From Blastocatellia bacterium (GTDB lineage Bacteria; Acidobacteriota; Blastocatellia; UBA7656), in assembly GCA_963765495.1 (NCBI GenBank), contig CAVXWP010000017.1, positions 126,735 through 190,734 on the forward strand: a DNA stretch of 64,000 bases, in the 5' to 3' direction. The stretch's first letter is position 1. Each line of letters opens with the position of its first letter. The notes beneath the pieces are model-generated. The model ran no database searches, was not told the DNA's origin, and was given only the letters and a program-made list of their open reading frames with translations. This document shows, piece by piece, positions 20,801 to 30,593 of this stretch. The translations under genes and the position numbers were made by a program.

Positions 20801-23800
20801 GCTCTTCGACCTCGACCAGATTCGCGCCGCGCGCTATGCCAAGGTAGCGGAGCAACGCATCCTTGTCGCTGTAAGCGGTGAGCTTTGCCGTAGCCGCCTG
20901 CACAGCGCCTACGAGCGCGGTCGTTTCGGTCGCGCTGGCATAGTCGATTACGCCGCGTCCGAAATCCGCGCGCATGGCCTGATCTATCGCGGAGACGATT
21001 GAGGAGGCCCTGTACTTGTCGTTGTCATCCGAGTTGTCGAATATGGCCTGATACTGCGCCCGCATTCGCTCAAGCTTTTGAAAGACTGTGACCGGAGGCT
21101 CCACATGCACAAGCGCGTTGATATACCCCACCACAAAATCGGTGCCTACATAATCGTCTTTGAGCGTCTTCGGTATCTGCGCGATGATCTCTTCATAGAC
21201 CTGCACCGCAGCCGGGTAGAGACCCCAGGAAGCAAGACGGGACGCGGCCTGCAATCCGTCTTCGGGTTTTGCGTCCTTCTTTGAGGCGAGCGCCTGACGC
21301 ACGGTTTGAGCGGCCTCGTCGCGCTTGCCCTGCTGCACCTGAATCCGCGCGACTTCGATCAGCCATTGCGGGTCCCGGCCCGACAGCGACCAGCCTTCGC
21401 GCAGCACCGCTATCGCCTCGTCATATCGTTGCTGGCGCGCAAGAGTAGAGGCGAGCGAGAACCTCAAATCGGATCGTTGAGGCTCGTTTGCGACGGCCCC
21501 GCGATACTGATCGGTTGCGCCCGCGAGATTCCCGCGTCGCTCGTATATGCGGCCCAGTACAAGCTGCCAGCGATAGTTCTTGTACGCCTCTTTTGCCAGC
21601 TTTTCGTAATAAGCATCCAGCCGCCCGGACAGGTTATGCGCTTCGGCATAATCAATGGCGGTGGCGAGGCGGTCGGCGTCTTCGGGAAAGGTGTTTATGA
21701 TCTCGATGTATTGATCTACCGCTTCTTCGTATTTTTTCAGGCTGTCGAGCGTGCGAATCATCCCTTCACGAAGATCGGCAACGCGCGATTTGGATTCGTC
21801 GCGGCTCAGGTCGGATTCTTTCACTTCCTTGAACGCGTCTCGATAAAGCGTGGCCAGGTCTTCGAGTTTGTTTTCGGCCCCAAGCGTCTTTGCCAGCATC
21901 GCAAAGACTTCGGAATCGAGCGGGTGACTGGCGTAGTAGGTTCGAAGCGTCGCCTCCGAATCCGCTAACTTTCCGGCATCAGCCTGACGCTTTGCCAGTT
22001 GCAGAGTCAGGTTGCGCTGATTCGATCCGAGCGCGCGGGCGAGCGTCTTCTTGTAAAGATCAAGCGCGCGATCAGTCAACCCGGCGCGCCAGTAAAACTG
22101 CGCCGACTCTTCGACCACGCCAACGTTTGTTGGGTAATCGGCAACCAGAGAGTCGATCACTCCTATGGCCTGATCCTTCTGATTATGGCGTTCGAGGAAC
22201 GAGGCGAGTTGAAGGCGATACATCATCGCCTCGCGCTCGTCGCGTGCCACCGACGCGAGCCGGGTGATTACCATCCGCTCATCTTCGGGCCGCAGGATGA
22301 TGCGGAAAAGATCGCGCACCGATTCCAGATAAGCGACATCGCTCGAACGTTCGATCTCGCTGCGAAGAAGCGCGAGCGCATCGGCTTGCTTGTCGCGCTC
22401 AGCCAGATAGCTGGCATAACCTATAACAAGCTGCCAGTCATCCGGGTGCGCCGAGTGCGCGCTCTGATAAGCGGCTGAAATCTTTTCGGCAAGCCCCGTA
22501 CGCCTGGCCAGTTGCGCGAGCCTTTCGGCCACCGTGTTTCGACCGTCGCCGGGCTCGTTGAGCACTTTCACATACTCGGTTATGGCCGAATCGATATCGT
22601 CCTTGCCTTCATAGACCGCGCCCATTCGATAAGCGTAAATAGTCGGGTCGCCCGTCACGTCGCGCAACTGTTTGAAGACGCTTATCGCCTGATCGAATTG
22701 ATAGTAATCCCAGAAGACCGTAGCCACTTCCAGATAGGTCTCACGCTCGGCGGGTTCAAGTTTTATAAGCTTGTTCCACTCCTCGGCGGCGCGATTGAAA
22801 TCGCCCAGTTGAGCATAAACCTCGCCCGCCTTGATCCTGTAAGAGTGATCCGAAGGGTAGATGTCGGCCATCTGAGCGAAGGTGCGGGCCGACTCTTCAT
22901 AATATTTGTCATCCTGACTGCCGAACGAGCGCGTCAGATCGGCCAGACGGTCGGCGTATTGCGGCTCGCCCGGGTAAAGGGCTACGAGATTGCGGTAAGC
23001 CTCTATCGCCTCGTCGTGGTGCGAGAGCCACAACGCCGCGTCGGCCGCAAAGACGTTGTAGGGACCGAGCGCCGAGGGCTGAGAACCGGGCGTAGTCGCG
23101 TTGCCGGTTGTTTTGCTCTTTGCCTCGCTGTAGCGGGCGCGCAACTCCCCTTCATATGACAGCCATTGAAGGTAAGGGTCGCGTATGCTGCGGTCGGCAA
23201 AATAGTACTGCGCGGAAAGTTTCGCCCACGCGGTGGTGTCGTGCGTCGAAAGATAGGTTAGCATCCCACGGACGAAAAACAGATTGCGCGGGAATCGCTG
23301 ATGGGCAACGCTGTAGAGGTCAAATGCCAGCCGTCCGTCCCAGTTCAACTGATCTCCGGTCGAGGTCGCGCCGTAGCCCGCGAACCTGACCAGATACTCT
23401 GTGATCTCGGGCTCGTCAAAGATGTTTATCAGGTCGCGCGAATACCGCGCCAGTTCGCGCCCGCGTTTCTCGCGAACGTACCAGCGCGCTAACCTGTGGT
23501 ACCACGTATTCGAATCGAACTGGCGGATCGCTGAATCGTAAGCCTTCAACTGCTCGTTTACGAGTTGAGCCTGCCCGAGCCAGCTCAGAAATCGCTCATA
23601 CAACCCTTCTTCACGCGGATGTTTTTTGATCTCGCCCCAGAAGAAAGCCAGCGTCTCGGTCTTCTTCTCTTCGCTCGCAAGCGAAGCGACGTAACGCTCA
23701 AGCACTTCACCGTATGACGGCCCCTGAAGGCTATTGCCGTCAACACTGGCCGAGGATGAGGACTCTTCTTCTTCCTCATCATAGCTGTTGTAATTCTGGA

Positions 23801-25709
23801 AAGAGATTCCGCCTTCGGTCGGGTCGTATGTGTCGCTGTAGGCTTCAAGGTTGTACTTTATGCGATCAAGCAACTGCCGGAACTGAGGCGAGTTGGCAAG
23901 GCTCCATCGTTTGGCCGAAACCGGCACGAGCGAAGTGCCCTTCGGGCGCGTGCGAGCCAGCCGGTCAAGCAGGCTCATGAGGACCGCGCGCTCGTTCTTT
24001 CGATCCTTCAGCGCCACGTAGGAGTCGGCTATCCGCAGAGAGACTGCGCTGTATTCGGGCGCATTCGGGAATCGCTCTTGAAATTCGCGCCCCGCTTCGA
24101 TTGCGAGCCTGTGCTCGCCAAGCGCGGAGAAGATATTGACCACGCCCAGATACATCTCTCCCAGATGTTTCGACGCGGCGTACTCCTGCTTGAAGGACGT
24201 GAATATGCGGTAGGCGAATGCGCGGTTGAAGTACCCGGCGGCGGCCTTTTCCTGATTGGCAAACTCTTGCGCCGGGTCGGTCCCAGACAGGATGAGCGAG
24301 AGCACGCCGTTCATGAAACCGGGGTGCTGATCTATCTCGGCTACGTCTTTATAAAATGAAAGATCGCCCGCGCCGAATCTGGTAGGCGTGCCTGCCGCGT
24401 CGAGCATCACCTTGAACAGGCGATAGAGCGCCTCTTCCCGCGTATTGCTTCCCGATTGAAGACCGCCCACCAGATAGAGCGTATAGAGATAACGCGAGGC
24501 CTGATCGTAATGGCCTATCGAAGTAAACAATCCGGCTGCCGTTTCAAGCTCGCGCGCATTCCAGACAGACGCGCTGACAGGTGGGGGCTGCGCGCCCTGC
24601 CCTTGAGTGCCCTGCCCTTGAGTGCCCTGCCCTTGAGTGCTCTGCCCCTGGGTGCTGCCTCCGCCTGCGCGTCGGGCCTCAAGATCGCGGAGCGTCTGAG
24701 CCGCCTGCTCGTAGTTGCCCTCGTAGGCGTAAATGCGAAAGAGGCGAGATACGGTTTGAAGATCGGTTGCGCCACCTCGGACGCTCTCCTGTAGCTGTCT
24801 GCGAATCGTGCGATAGCGCCCAAAGCGGCGCAGCAGATCGTAATAATCCGCCGTTATCGCCTGTGGCCAGTTTGGATCGAACGCGGTTGAATAGACCTCT
24901 TCGGCGGCGCGGCGGTCGCCTGTGGATTCGAATATGCGAGCGCGAGTGCTCAGAAAATAATTAAGCTCGGATGGAAACTTCGGCTGAAACGAAGCCAGAA
25001 CGGAAAGAGCTTCCGAGTTCTGTTTGGCAAGAAGAAGCTCTTCTACATAATCCTTGACCGGCTGAACATTTGTGGGGTCGGCGGCTACGAGTTCGGCAAA
25101 GAAATCAGACGGCTTGAACTCTTTGAGCGAACGCGAGCGAGCCAGATCGGCCGCGCGTTTATATATCGGGCCACGTTCGGCTACCGGCAGGGCCTGAGCC
25201 AGGTCTCGAAGTGTTTTGACCTCATCGGCAAACCGCGCCCGGTCGTGGTAAAAGTCGGCGAGTCTCCGCAGAGATTCGGGCGAACGGCCTTTCAAAGCGG
25301 CATAGCTTGTCATCTCGCTTGCGGCCTTGTCGAACTGGCCCGTGTGTTCAGCCAGCCTCGCCGCGTGCAGACGCAACCGCGCATCTTTTGGATAACTGGT
25401 TTCGAGCGCGGTGATTCGCGCAAGCGCGTCCTGGTAAGGGCGCTCGACCGACGCGGTAACGCCAAAGAACTCTTCGTTTGTGAAAAGCGCCTCATCCACG
25501 GCAGGCTGTGGAGCGCGATCAGGATCGGGCTTGCGGAGCGGCGCGCGTTGAGCGCCTGCCCCCCTTCCGGCAGCGCCCTGAGCCGCTCCCCTGCGAGCCG
25601 AAGGCGCAGGTCTGTTCGAAGTCGCCTTTTGAACGCCCACAAAAGTGGCTATTGAAACGCTCACAAGCGAGAGCGTCATTGCTATGGTCAAATAGATTCG
25701 TCTGCGCAT
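17880..25709 (-). CDS. giant exported tetratricopeptide-repeat (alpha-solenoid) protein, 2609 aa
   Basis: N-terminal signal/TM segment and TPR-like helical repeats throughout (e.g. LGRIYERRGNLAGATDQYRGAV, AGEVYAQLGDFNRAAEEWNKLI). Confidence 0.88.
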   Translation of the reverse strand: MRRRIYLTIAMTLSLVSVSIATFVGVQKATSNRPAPSARRGAAQGAAGRGAGAQRAPLRKPDPDRAPQPAVDEALFTNEEFFGVTASVERPYQDALARITALETSYPKDARLRLHAARLAEHTGQFDKAASEMTSYAALKGRSPESLRRLADFYHDRARFADEVKTLRDLAQALPVAERGPIYKRAADLARSRSLKEFKPSDFFAELVAADPTNVQPVKDYVEELLLAKQNSEALSVLASFQPKFPSELNYFLSTRARIFESTGDRRAAEEVYSTAFDPNWPQAITADYYDLLRRFGRYRTIRRQLQESVRGGATDLQTVSRLFRIYAYEGNYEQAAQTLRDLEARRAGGGSTQGQSTQGQGTQGQGTQGQGAQPPPVSASVWNARELETAAGLFTSIGHYDQASRYLYTLYLVGGLQSGSNTREEALYRLFKVMLDAAGTPTRFGAGDLSFYKDVAEIDQHPGFMNGVLSLILSGTDPAQEFANQEKAAAGYFNRAFAYRIFTSFKQEYAASKHLGEMYLGVVNIFSALGEHRLAIEAGREFQERFPNAPEYSAVSLRIADSYVALKDRKNERAVLMSLLDRLARTRPKGTSLVPVSAKRWSLANSPQFRQLLDRIKYNLEAYSDTYDPTEGGISFQNYNSYDEEEEESSSSASVDGNSLQGPSYGEVLERYVASLASEEKKTETLAFFWGEIKKHPREEGLYERFLSWLGQAQLVNEQLKAYDSAIRQFDSNTWYHRLARWYVREKRGRELARYSRDLINIFDEPEITEYLVRFAGYGATSTGDQLNWDGRLAFDLYSVAHQRFPRNLFFVRGMLTYLSTHDTTAWAKLSAQYYFADRSIRDPYLQWLSYEGELRARYSEAKSKTTGNATTPGSQPSALGPYNVFAADAALWLSHHDEAIEAYRNLVALYPGEPQYADRLADLTRSFGSQDDKYYEESARTFAQMADIYPSDHSYRIKAGEVYAQLGDFNRAAEEWNKLIKLEPAERETYLEVATVFWDYYQFDQAISVFKQLRDVTGDPTIYAYRMGAVYEGKDDIDSAITEYVKVLNEPGDGRNTVAERLAQLARRTGLAEKISAAYQSAHSAHPDDWQLVIGYASYLAERDKQADALALLRSEIERSSDVAYLESVRDLFRIILRPEDERMVITRLASVARDEREAMMYRLQLASFLERHNQKDQAIGVIDSLVADYPTNVGVVEESAQFYWRAGLTDRALDLYKKTLARALGSNQRNLTLQLAKRQADAGKLADSEATLRTYYASHPLDSEVFAMLAKTLGAENKLEDLATLYRDAFKEVKESDLSRDESKSRVADLREGMIRTLDSLKKYEEAVDQYIEIINTFPEDADRLATAIDYAEAHNLSGRLDAYYEKLAKEAYKNYRWQLVLGRIYERRGNLAGATDQYRGAVANEPQRSDLRFSLASTLARQQRYDEAIAVLREGWSLSGRDPQWLIEVARIQVQQGKRDEAAQTVRQALASKKDAKPEDGLQAASRLASWGLYPAAVQVYEEIIAQIPKTLKDDYVGTDFVVGYINALVHVEPPVTVFQKLERMRAQYQAIFDNSDDNDKYRASSIVSAIDQAMRADFGRGVIDYASATETTALVGAVQAATAKLTAYSDKDALLRYLGIARGANLVEVEEQIYIQIKDAALKGHLTATDTEYYNEMRALVAFYNRHAAFVRAAEALADGYARDKYKDHFDYQNQIAIEYRLSGDTNRELEWLRSAYRSASGDLTASSADWVDRYLTLLYSTGKRDEVQQIASSYNPYQLQLINFLIEKGEKDIARKAIASARQSPAWVASRSGEVGLFLKDTSVETEAFFKAALDIRPIGEMLGRRVDSNQTLLGNDWFTAARNYGYWLGLVPSRGMEGQHYVPAEIENHPSSARAQLELAAYFLDQKDLDRATDHTGLASELAPGSKEIALMRGSIALARGDRQAAQDAWATIITGRVSVDDAQTYLKVMADNGFLREALPRLQAFLVSYVNRRVRNQNASERIEAIKPLVRDITARAQGNEQLEDEIGTYFHNVINSMPGDTSIGSLLIEENLLPDSALGGLYRTIHQRLSDQAAAVFGTDEYDNGYYNGSEYVYPAQALSEFRRRFLDYLIKSRAFDEARLLVATINQEQADLALATKADDYVVSRYDWLPLASALIELRGGDAAKAVAELRRYCGLDGGETNDSDEMQSSGSGLLHEQCLKAYALLLAEGKDTEAEAMLYEAYRAAARTRYSDDASLAGLAEIEARRGQMDEAGRLLKLLVERSTDNLKALRLAAETSARINRFDDAVNFREQIARINPNDATNKLELAHVIAAAGRNGEAVDRIIALIAERTTSNSVRAQAAEIMGEIARRDPSQGARAAAALDGRVAQADAGAVLARAAIAEKTGRPDEARQLLKRITGGSLASVAQMKLGIIEKAAGQDAEAVASFERAIYLDADGDMTGAIAFVAPGPRAQLIALYSRAGRDLAAIRLAESDDASGPAAINAAIKNALNGGEQAERTSGSTVAFEPSLEITRSKAPGLRTLAEANDAALSRTQSEEVSALVDSAARLGQYDRAIAMERLLALEATKPDEKTGIEKRLAEIMAAKRAEQIRSALLLRVDNSNATESIYAGRLLGEK
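24594..24655 (-). repeat. in-frame 15-bp tandem repeat encoding (QGQ[S/G]T)n
   Basis: ccttgagtgccctgc-type unit repeated about four times. Confidence 0.85.
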
Positions 25710-25844
25710 AATTTTAGACCGCCTTAACGGTTGAAAACCTATTGATCTTCTTATCCCGACATTTGCAAAGCCGCTGATTACGCGGGCAATTGATCCCTTT
25801 CACACCCATTCATCTGAGACTTCAAATCTCAAATCTCAGATCGT

Positions 25845-28241
25845 TCAGCCGCCGCCTGTCACCTCTACCGTCACCTCTGTGACGCTCGAATTGTGGGCGA
25901 AGTCTTCGCCTGTTATCTGGATCGTGTAGGTGCCCGAAGGCAGCCCCGCCGGTATCCTCAAATTGCCGACACTGGCCTTTGTTTGAGCGTCCCAGATTAC
26001 GGCTACGGGCAGCCCGCCCGATATGCGCGCTGCGATTCGGCGCGTGTCGCTGTCGGCCCGGACTATCACTTTCAGTTCTTCGCCCGCGTGCACCGAACCC
26101 TTATCAAGCGAAGCCCTCAACCGGGGCGGACGGCTGTCTATCACAAAACTCTTCTCTTCCTGATAGGCGCGATTCTGCCGGTCCATCAAGATCAACCGGC
26201 AATAATAGATCCCATCATTCATTTCGTGCGGGGCTACAAAGCGAGTCTCCCACACGTCTTCGCCCTTGATGTAGATCATCCGTTTCGTAAGCCCGAACGG
26301 GAAGACGGCCGTGACTTCCTTGATCGACTGATCGGTTCGCACTCTGAGGACCGGATCGCCTGGACGGATGACTCGCGGGCGAAGAAGCGAACGCGGCGCG
26401 GCAAGAAAGGATGTGTAGGGAGTGACAAACTTGTACTTCTTCGAGAGCGCGATGATTTCATCTATCGCCTCTTTTGTTTCGCCGTTGAGAGCTATCAGGC
26501 GAAGCAGGGCGTCTACGCGTGCGCGCGCCCACATGCGCGGCACGTGCGGGTGCGAATCGTCGCGTTCGGGAAGCTCTACCTGTTGAGAGACGTTTACAGG
26601 CTTGCCCGAGGCGCTGCCTGTAATCTGTAGCGCGGCCGGTCCCGGTCGTTTATAACGGCCTACGAATGAGAGCCGCGTGCCGTCATAAGCCGTCGCTTCG
26701 TAATCGGGATAGACCTGATAGAAATTGGCCGTATCTGGGCTTTCAAGCTTTAATGAATCAATCGGATTGCGCCCGATTTTGCTTACGAAGGATTTGAGTT
26801 TGAAATCCAGATCGTCGGTTTCGCGTGTAAAATCGAAGTATCCGCGAGAGTTGCGGGCAAGCTCGCCAAGCAGTTGAAGATTTGTGTCCGAGCCTATGCC
26901 AAAGACATACAGACGAGCGCGCGGGCCTGAACTGTTGGCCTTTTGAAACCGCTCGGTAATGGTGCGGGCGCGGGTGGTCGTAAGCGTCGAGTTGCCGTCG
27001 GTAATCATCACAATGGCGCGATCCTTGCCCGAAGGCAGCGCGGCGGTCAACTGCGCGGCCCGGTCAAGCGCCGCGCCCAGATCGGTCCCGCCCGACAGGT
27101 ACCCGGCCTTGATAAAGGCGAGCGCCCGCGCCACCTGATCGGGGGTTCCGGCGACCGGCTGATCGCTAAAGACCAGCACGTCATCGTTGAACAGCATCAG
27201 GTTGAACGTGTCCTGCGGCGTGAGCGAATTGAGCAGCCCTTCGGTAGCTTCATAGGCGCGGTCGAGTTTTTCCCACTGCATCGAAAGCGAGGTGTCGAGC
27301 ATAACGAGCACCGAACGCGGCGGCGGCGGCTCTGTCGCGCCGGGAGCGCGGCCCGCTTCATTAAAGAGGGCTGCGGCTTCGAAATAACCGTCGGGCTCGC
27401 GTTCGGCAAGACGCGGGTCGCGCAATTCATCTGCCGTTATGCGCTCAGGCGCGCGATAGCCGAGGAATTCGAACGATGTGGACGGGACCGTCAACCCGTA
27501 ACTGAAGGCGAAGTCTTCGGTCAACTGTATGTTCGAGGTTTCGAAGGTAGCCGATTTGTATGAAGGCGTGTTTTCAATAAAACTGAGCGGGTAGCTTTGG
27601 CCGCGAATGCTCAGGTCGCTCATCGGAAACTTGTTGAGTAGCTGTAAACGGATTTCGAGATGGCCTACGGCTTGAGCGCCGTACTCGCTTGGCTTGAGGG
27701 GAAATGAGAAATAGGATTCCAGATTCTCTACCTTGAGCAATTCGGTGTATTCGAGTTCGAGCCGCTTCGTTCCATACGCCGGGATAGGCGATATTTTGAC
27801 GGTGAAAGCCGTGCTGGCCTGATTCTCGTCTTCCTGCTCAAGCAATCCGGGGTCAATCGATTGCAGCGCGAGATTTTCGTAAATCTCGGCGGCCTGTCGC
27901 TTTTCGAGTATCACGCCGGGTATGCGCACGTCTCCGTCCCATACGGCGAAATCTGAAATTGATGCCGTAGTGGGAATCAGAAAGACGTAGCGGCCCTCCT
28001 GAATCCTTTCGGTGCGGTTGCCGAAAATCTGAACCACCCGCACGCGGGCAAACTGATTATCAATCGTCACCTGCACGCTCATCTCGTCAAGCGCAAGCAC
28101 TGACGGGTCGGGCTTATCCTTGCTCGTAGGCACGAGCACGCCCGCCTGAGCATGAGCGATTGCCGGGAGGATAAAGGACAGCGCCAGTATAGCCAGCGCG
28201 CGCGCAAGGACTGCCGGAAACATGCGTCTACTTTGTTTCAT
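25845..28241 (-). CDS. exported VIT + von Willebrand factor A protein (inter-alpha-trypsin inhibitor heavy chain-like)
   Basis: Signal peptide AHA, VIT domain (ARVRVVQIFGN...EGRYVF...DPGLLE), MIDAS DTSLS/GGT/TDG, FVTPYTSFL and C-terminal Ig-like segments. Confidence 0.9.
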   Translation of the reverse strand: MKQSRRMFPAVLARALAILALSFILPAIAHAQAGVLVPTSKDKPDPSVLALDEMSVQVTIDNQFARVRVVQIFGNRTERIQEGRYVFLIPTTASISDFAVWDGDVRIPGVILEKRQAAEIYENLALQSIDPGLLEQEDENQASTAFTVKISPIPAYGTKRLELEYTELLKVENLESYFSFPLKPSEYGAQAVGHLEIRLQLLNKFPMSDLSIRGQSYPLSFIENTPSYKSATFETSNIQLTEDFAFSYGLTVPSTSFEFLGYRAPERITADELRDPRLAEREPDGYFEAAALFNEAGRAPGATEPPPPRSVLVMLDTSLSMQWEKLDRAYEATEGLLNSLTPQDTFNLMLFNDDVLVFSDQPVAGTPDQVARALAFIKAGYLSGGTDLGAALDRAAQLTAALPSGKDRAIVMITDGNSTLTTTRARTITERFQKANSSGPRARLYVFGIGSDTNLQLLGELARNSRGYFDFTRETDDLDFKLKSFVSKIGRNPIDSLKLESPDTANFYQVYPDYEATAYDGTRLSFVGRYKRPGPAALQITGSASGKPVNVSQQVELPERDDSHPHVPRMWARARVDALLRLIALNGETKEAIDEIIALSKKYKFVTPYTSFLAAPRSLLRPRVIRPGDPVLRVRTDQSIKEVTAVFPFGLTKRMIYIKGEDVWETRFVAPHEMNDGIYYCRLILMDRQNRAYQEEKSFVIDSRPPRLRASLDKGSVHAGEELKVIVRADSDTRRIAARISGGLPVAVIWDAQTKASVGNLRIPAGLPSGTYTIQITGEDFAHNSSVTEVTVEVTGGG

Positions 28242-28317
28242 AATTCACTTTATGCGGGCGACCTCGCCGAGCCGCCCCGTTTGCCTACGCTAAGGCGAAG
28301 CTATAAGAGTCAGAATA

Positions 28318-28385
28318 GCCACAGAGACACAGAGGCGCAGAGAAAGGGTTATAAAATAATCTCTGTCTCTTTGTGTCTCTGTGGC
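28318..28385. repeat. inverted 8-mer (CACAGAGA) repeat element
   Basis: gccacagagacacagagg ... ctttgtgtctctgtggc; sister copy at 38848-38914. Confidence 0.85.
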
Positions 28386-28489
28386 AAAATTCTCCCCTTC
28401 CTGAATAGCTACGCTAAGATGAAAACTGCTTCCCGTAAAGAGTGGCAGCCACAGTCGGGCTACCGTAGAGGCCCATCACCTGAGAAGTC

Positions 28490-30535
28490 TTACCTCAAGA
28501 CCCTCTTTTCAATCCGCATCAATCCGTTCATCGTGCCGAGGTATATGTATTGATCGTCGGTCGTTATCGCTGTGACGTTCTGAGAAGCGAGTCCTTCGCT
28601 GACCTGAGTCCATCGGCGCGTCTTCGTATTATAAACTAAAAGCCCGCGATCACCAGTCCCGGCGTAAATTCGCTCGCCATCATAGACAAGCGCATTTTGA
28701 TTGACATCGAAACGGCCTATCTGATCGGAGAAATTCACCCACTCGCCCGTGGGCAAAAGCGCGTCAACGCCCCCGCCGTTTGTCCCGATGTAGAGCGTGC
28801 CGTCGGCCTCCGCAAGCGCCGTCACCCAATCGTGCGAAAGCGGCGAATTCGATGTCTTGTAGGTTCTGACTACCCTCAACCCCTCCAGTTCCACGAGTCC
28901 CGCAAGACTGCCCGCAAACAATCGGGAGCCCGATACGGCCGATGTGTAAAGATGATTGCTCGCCAGCCCGTGAAAAGCCGTAAGCGACCGGGCGCGGCCA
29001 TTGAATATTTCAGTAAGCCCCCCGGCAGTGGCAAGCACTAAAGCGCGTCCGGTCGCAGCAGAAGCAGGCACCGTGCCGCCTGTGCCCAGGGCAAGCGCCG
29101 CTCCATCCGCAAGCGAGATATGCGCGATGGAATCGCTTATCAAGCCGTTCTGATCGCGTGTAAAGACAGATTGTTTCAAGCCCGCGCCAAATACGACCAG
29201 CCCCCTCGATGTTGCAGCAAGCACCGTGTCATCGCCCCTGTCAAAGGTTATGAAATTGACTTCGCGCACTCGATCATCTTCTACGTGTGAGAGCCGTTCA
29301 TTAGACTCAGGCGCGATGATATCTATCCCTCGATCAAAGTATCCGACCCACAGACGGCCTGCGCCGTCAAAGGTCAGGCTGGTTATGTGCGCGCCCGTGA
29401 GCACACGGTCTGAGACAACCGAAGAGGCTACGGTTTTAAACGCGGGTCCGGCGCTGGTTTCGCTTCTCATATAAGCGCCTTCGGAAGTCAGCGCCCATAG
29501 CGCCTCATCATCGGACGAGACCACGACCGGCTCCGAGCGGGGCAACCCGGACGTTTCAGCCAGCGGAGAATTGATCTCGCCGGAAGCGCCCTTGCGCGTG
29601 CCGCTTCCGCCCGAGAGGTCAACCATTCCGCCAGTAAAAAGTCCGGCCCACAACCGATTTCCGCTCGCGACAAGTGACGTCACATTTGGCTGAGAAGAGA
29701 TGGGCCTGACCTCGCCCGCATCTGTCAGGGCAACCACACCGAAATCGGTGGCGACGGCCACGACACCGGCATCTTTAAGGCTTGAGGGCAATTCGGAGAG
29801 CGCCGTCACGTGCGGCGAAGGAAGCCCCTCGCCGGTCCCTATGTGCTGAATTTGAGCCTCGCGCCAGACGTACAACCCGAGGTCCTGAGTGCCGATATAG
29901 AGCCGTGAATCAAGAGGCAGGAGCGCGGTTACGCGGCTGAAATCGGCTCCTGTGGCCGAATTGAAGCGGCGCGTGAATCTTTCCCCGTCGTATTCGAACA
30001 ACCCTCCGTCGAGCGTGCCTATCAGAAGCTCGCTGTCGCTTGCGGCGAGCGCGCTCACGTGTGTGGCCTTCGGTTTGGTAAAGGTGAAGCCTGTGAACGT
30101 ATTGCCGTCAAAGGCAATAAGCCCGGCTGCGCCCGTGCCTGCATAGAGTCTATCGCGAAAGACCGCAAGCGCGGTGAGATCATTTTCAGGCAAGCCGTCG
30201 AGTGTGGTATACCGCCGCGTCACATTGCCGCTTGAGTCGAGAGCTATGAGTCCACCCGAAGTCGCCAGATAATGAACGCCTCCAAATGTAGCGATGGCGC
30301 GAACGTCGGAAGAATCCAGATAAGCGGTAACTCCGTCGGTCGAGGGGGCGCGCAACCTTGTCTCTTTTACTTCGAGCGCGACTGAGGCAGCCGCGCGCTC
30401 GCGCTCTTCGGCTATCTGTCTGTTGAGACGGGCGATATAAAAGATGATTGCCGCGAGGGTAATTGCGGCGACGACGGCAACAAGCACAAGAGCCCGGCGG
30501 CGGGTGATATTGAGATTAGTCAAGAAATCAAACAT
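28490..30535 (-). CDS. membrane-anchored multi-beta-propeller protein (two-component regulator propeller-like repeats, no kinase)
   Basis: N-terminal TM helix and repeated V.AL....LY.GT..GL blades, including TTLDGLPEN and GLASN repeats. Confidence 0.85.
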   Translation of the reverse strand: MFDFLTNLNITRRRALVLVAVVAAITLAAIIFYIARLNRQIAEERERAAASVALEVKETRLRAPSTDGVTAYLDSSDVRAIATFGGVHYLATSGGLIALDSSGNVTRRYTTLDGLPENDLTALAVFRDRLYAGTGAAGLIAFDGNTFTGFTFTKPKATHVSALAASDSELLIGTLDGGLFEYDGERFTRRFNSATGADFSRVTALLPLDSRLYIGTQDLGLYVWREAQIQHIGTGEGLPSPHVTALSELPSSLKDAGVVAVATDFGVVALTDAGEVRPISSQPNVTSLVASGNRLWAGLFTGGMVDLSGGSGTRKGASGEINSPLAETSGLPRSEPVVVSSDDEALWALTSEGAYMRSETSAGPAFKTVASSVVSDRVLTGAHITSLTFDGAGRLWVGYFDRGIDIIAPESNERLSHVEDDRVREVNFITFDRGDDTVLAATSRGLVVFGAGLKQSVFTRDQNGLISDSIAHISLADGAALALGTGGTVPASAATGRALVLATAGGLTEIFNGRARSLTAFHGLASNHLYTSAVSGSRLFAGSLAGLVELEGLRVVRTYKTSNSPLSHDWVTALAEADGTLYIGTNGGGVDALLPTGEWVNFSDQIGRFDVNQNALVYDGERIYAGTGDRGLLVYNTKTRRWTQVSEGLASQNVTAITTDDQYIYLGTMNGLMRIEKRVLR

Positions 30536-30593
30536 TGGACAAATGGAATTTGAGATTTGAGATTAACAGGAGCCGCCCTTTCCGACCGATGCC

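Noticed and set aside
19542-21002. 486-aa plus-strand ORF and the many other antisense ORFs in the track
   Set aside because: Shadow frames opposite long, well-supported genes in GC-rich DNA; no recognisable motifs.
28490-30535. Hybrid two-component sensor kinase
   Set aside because: Propeller repeats only; no Y_Y_Y domain, second TM helix, HisKA or HATPase domain.
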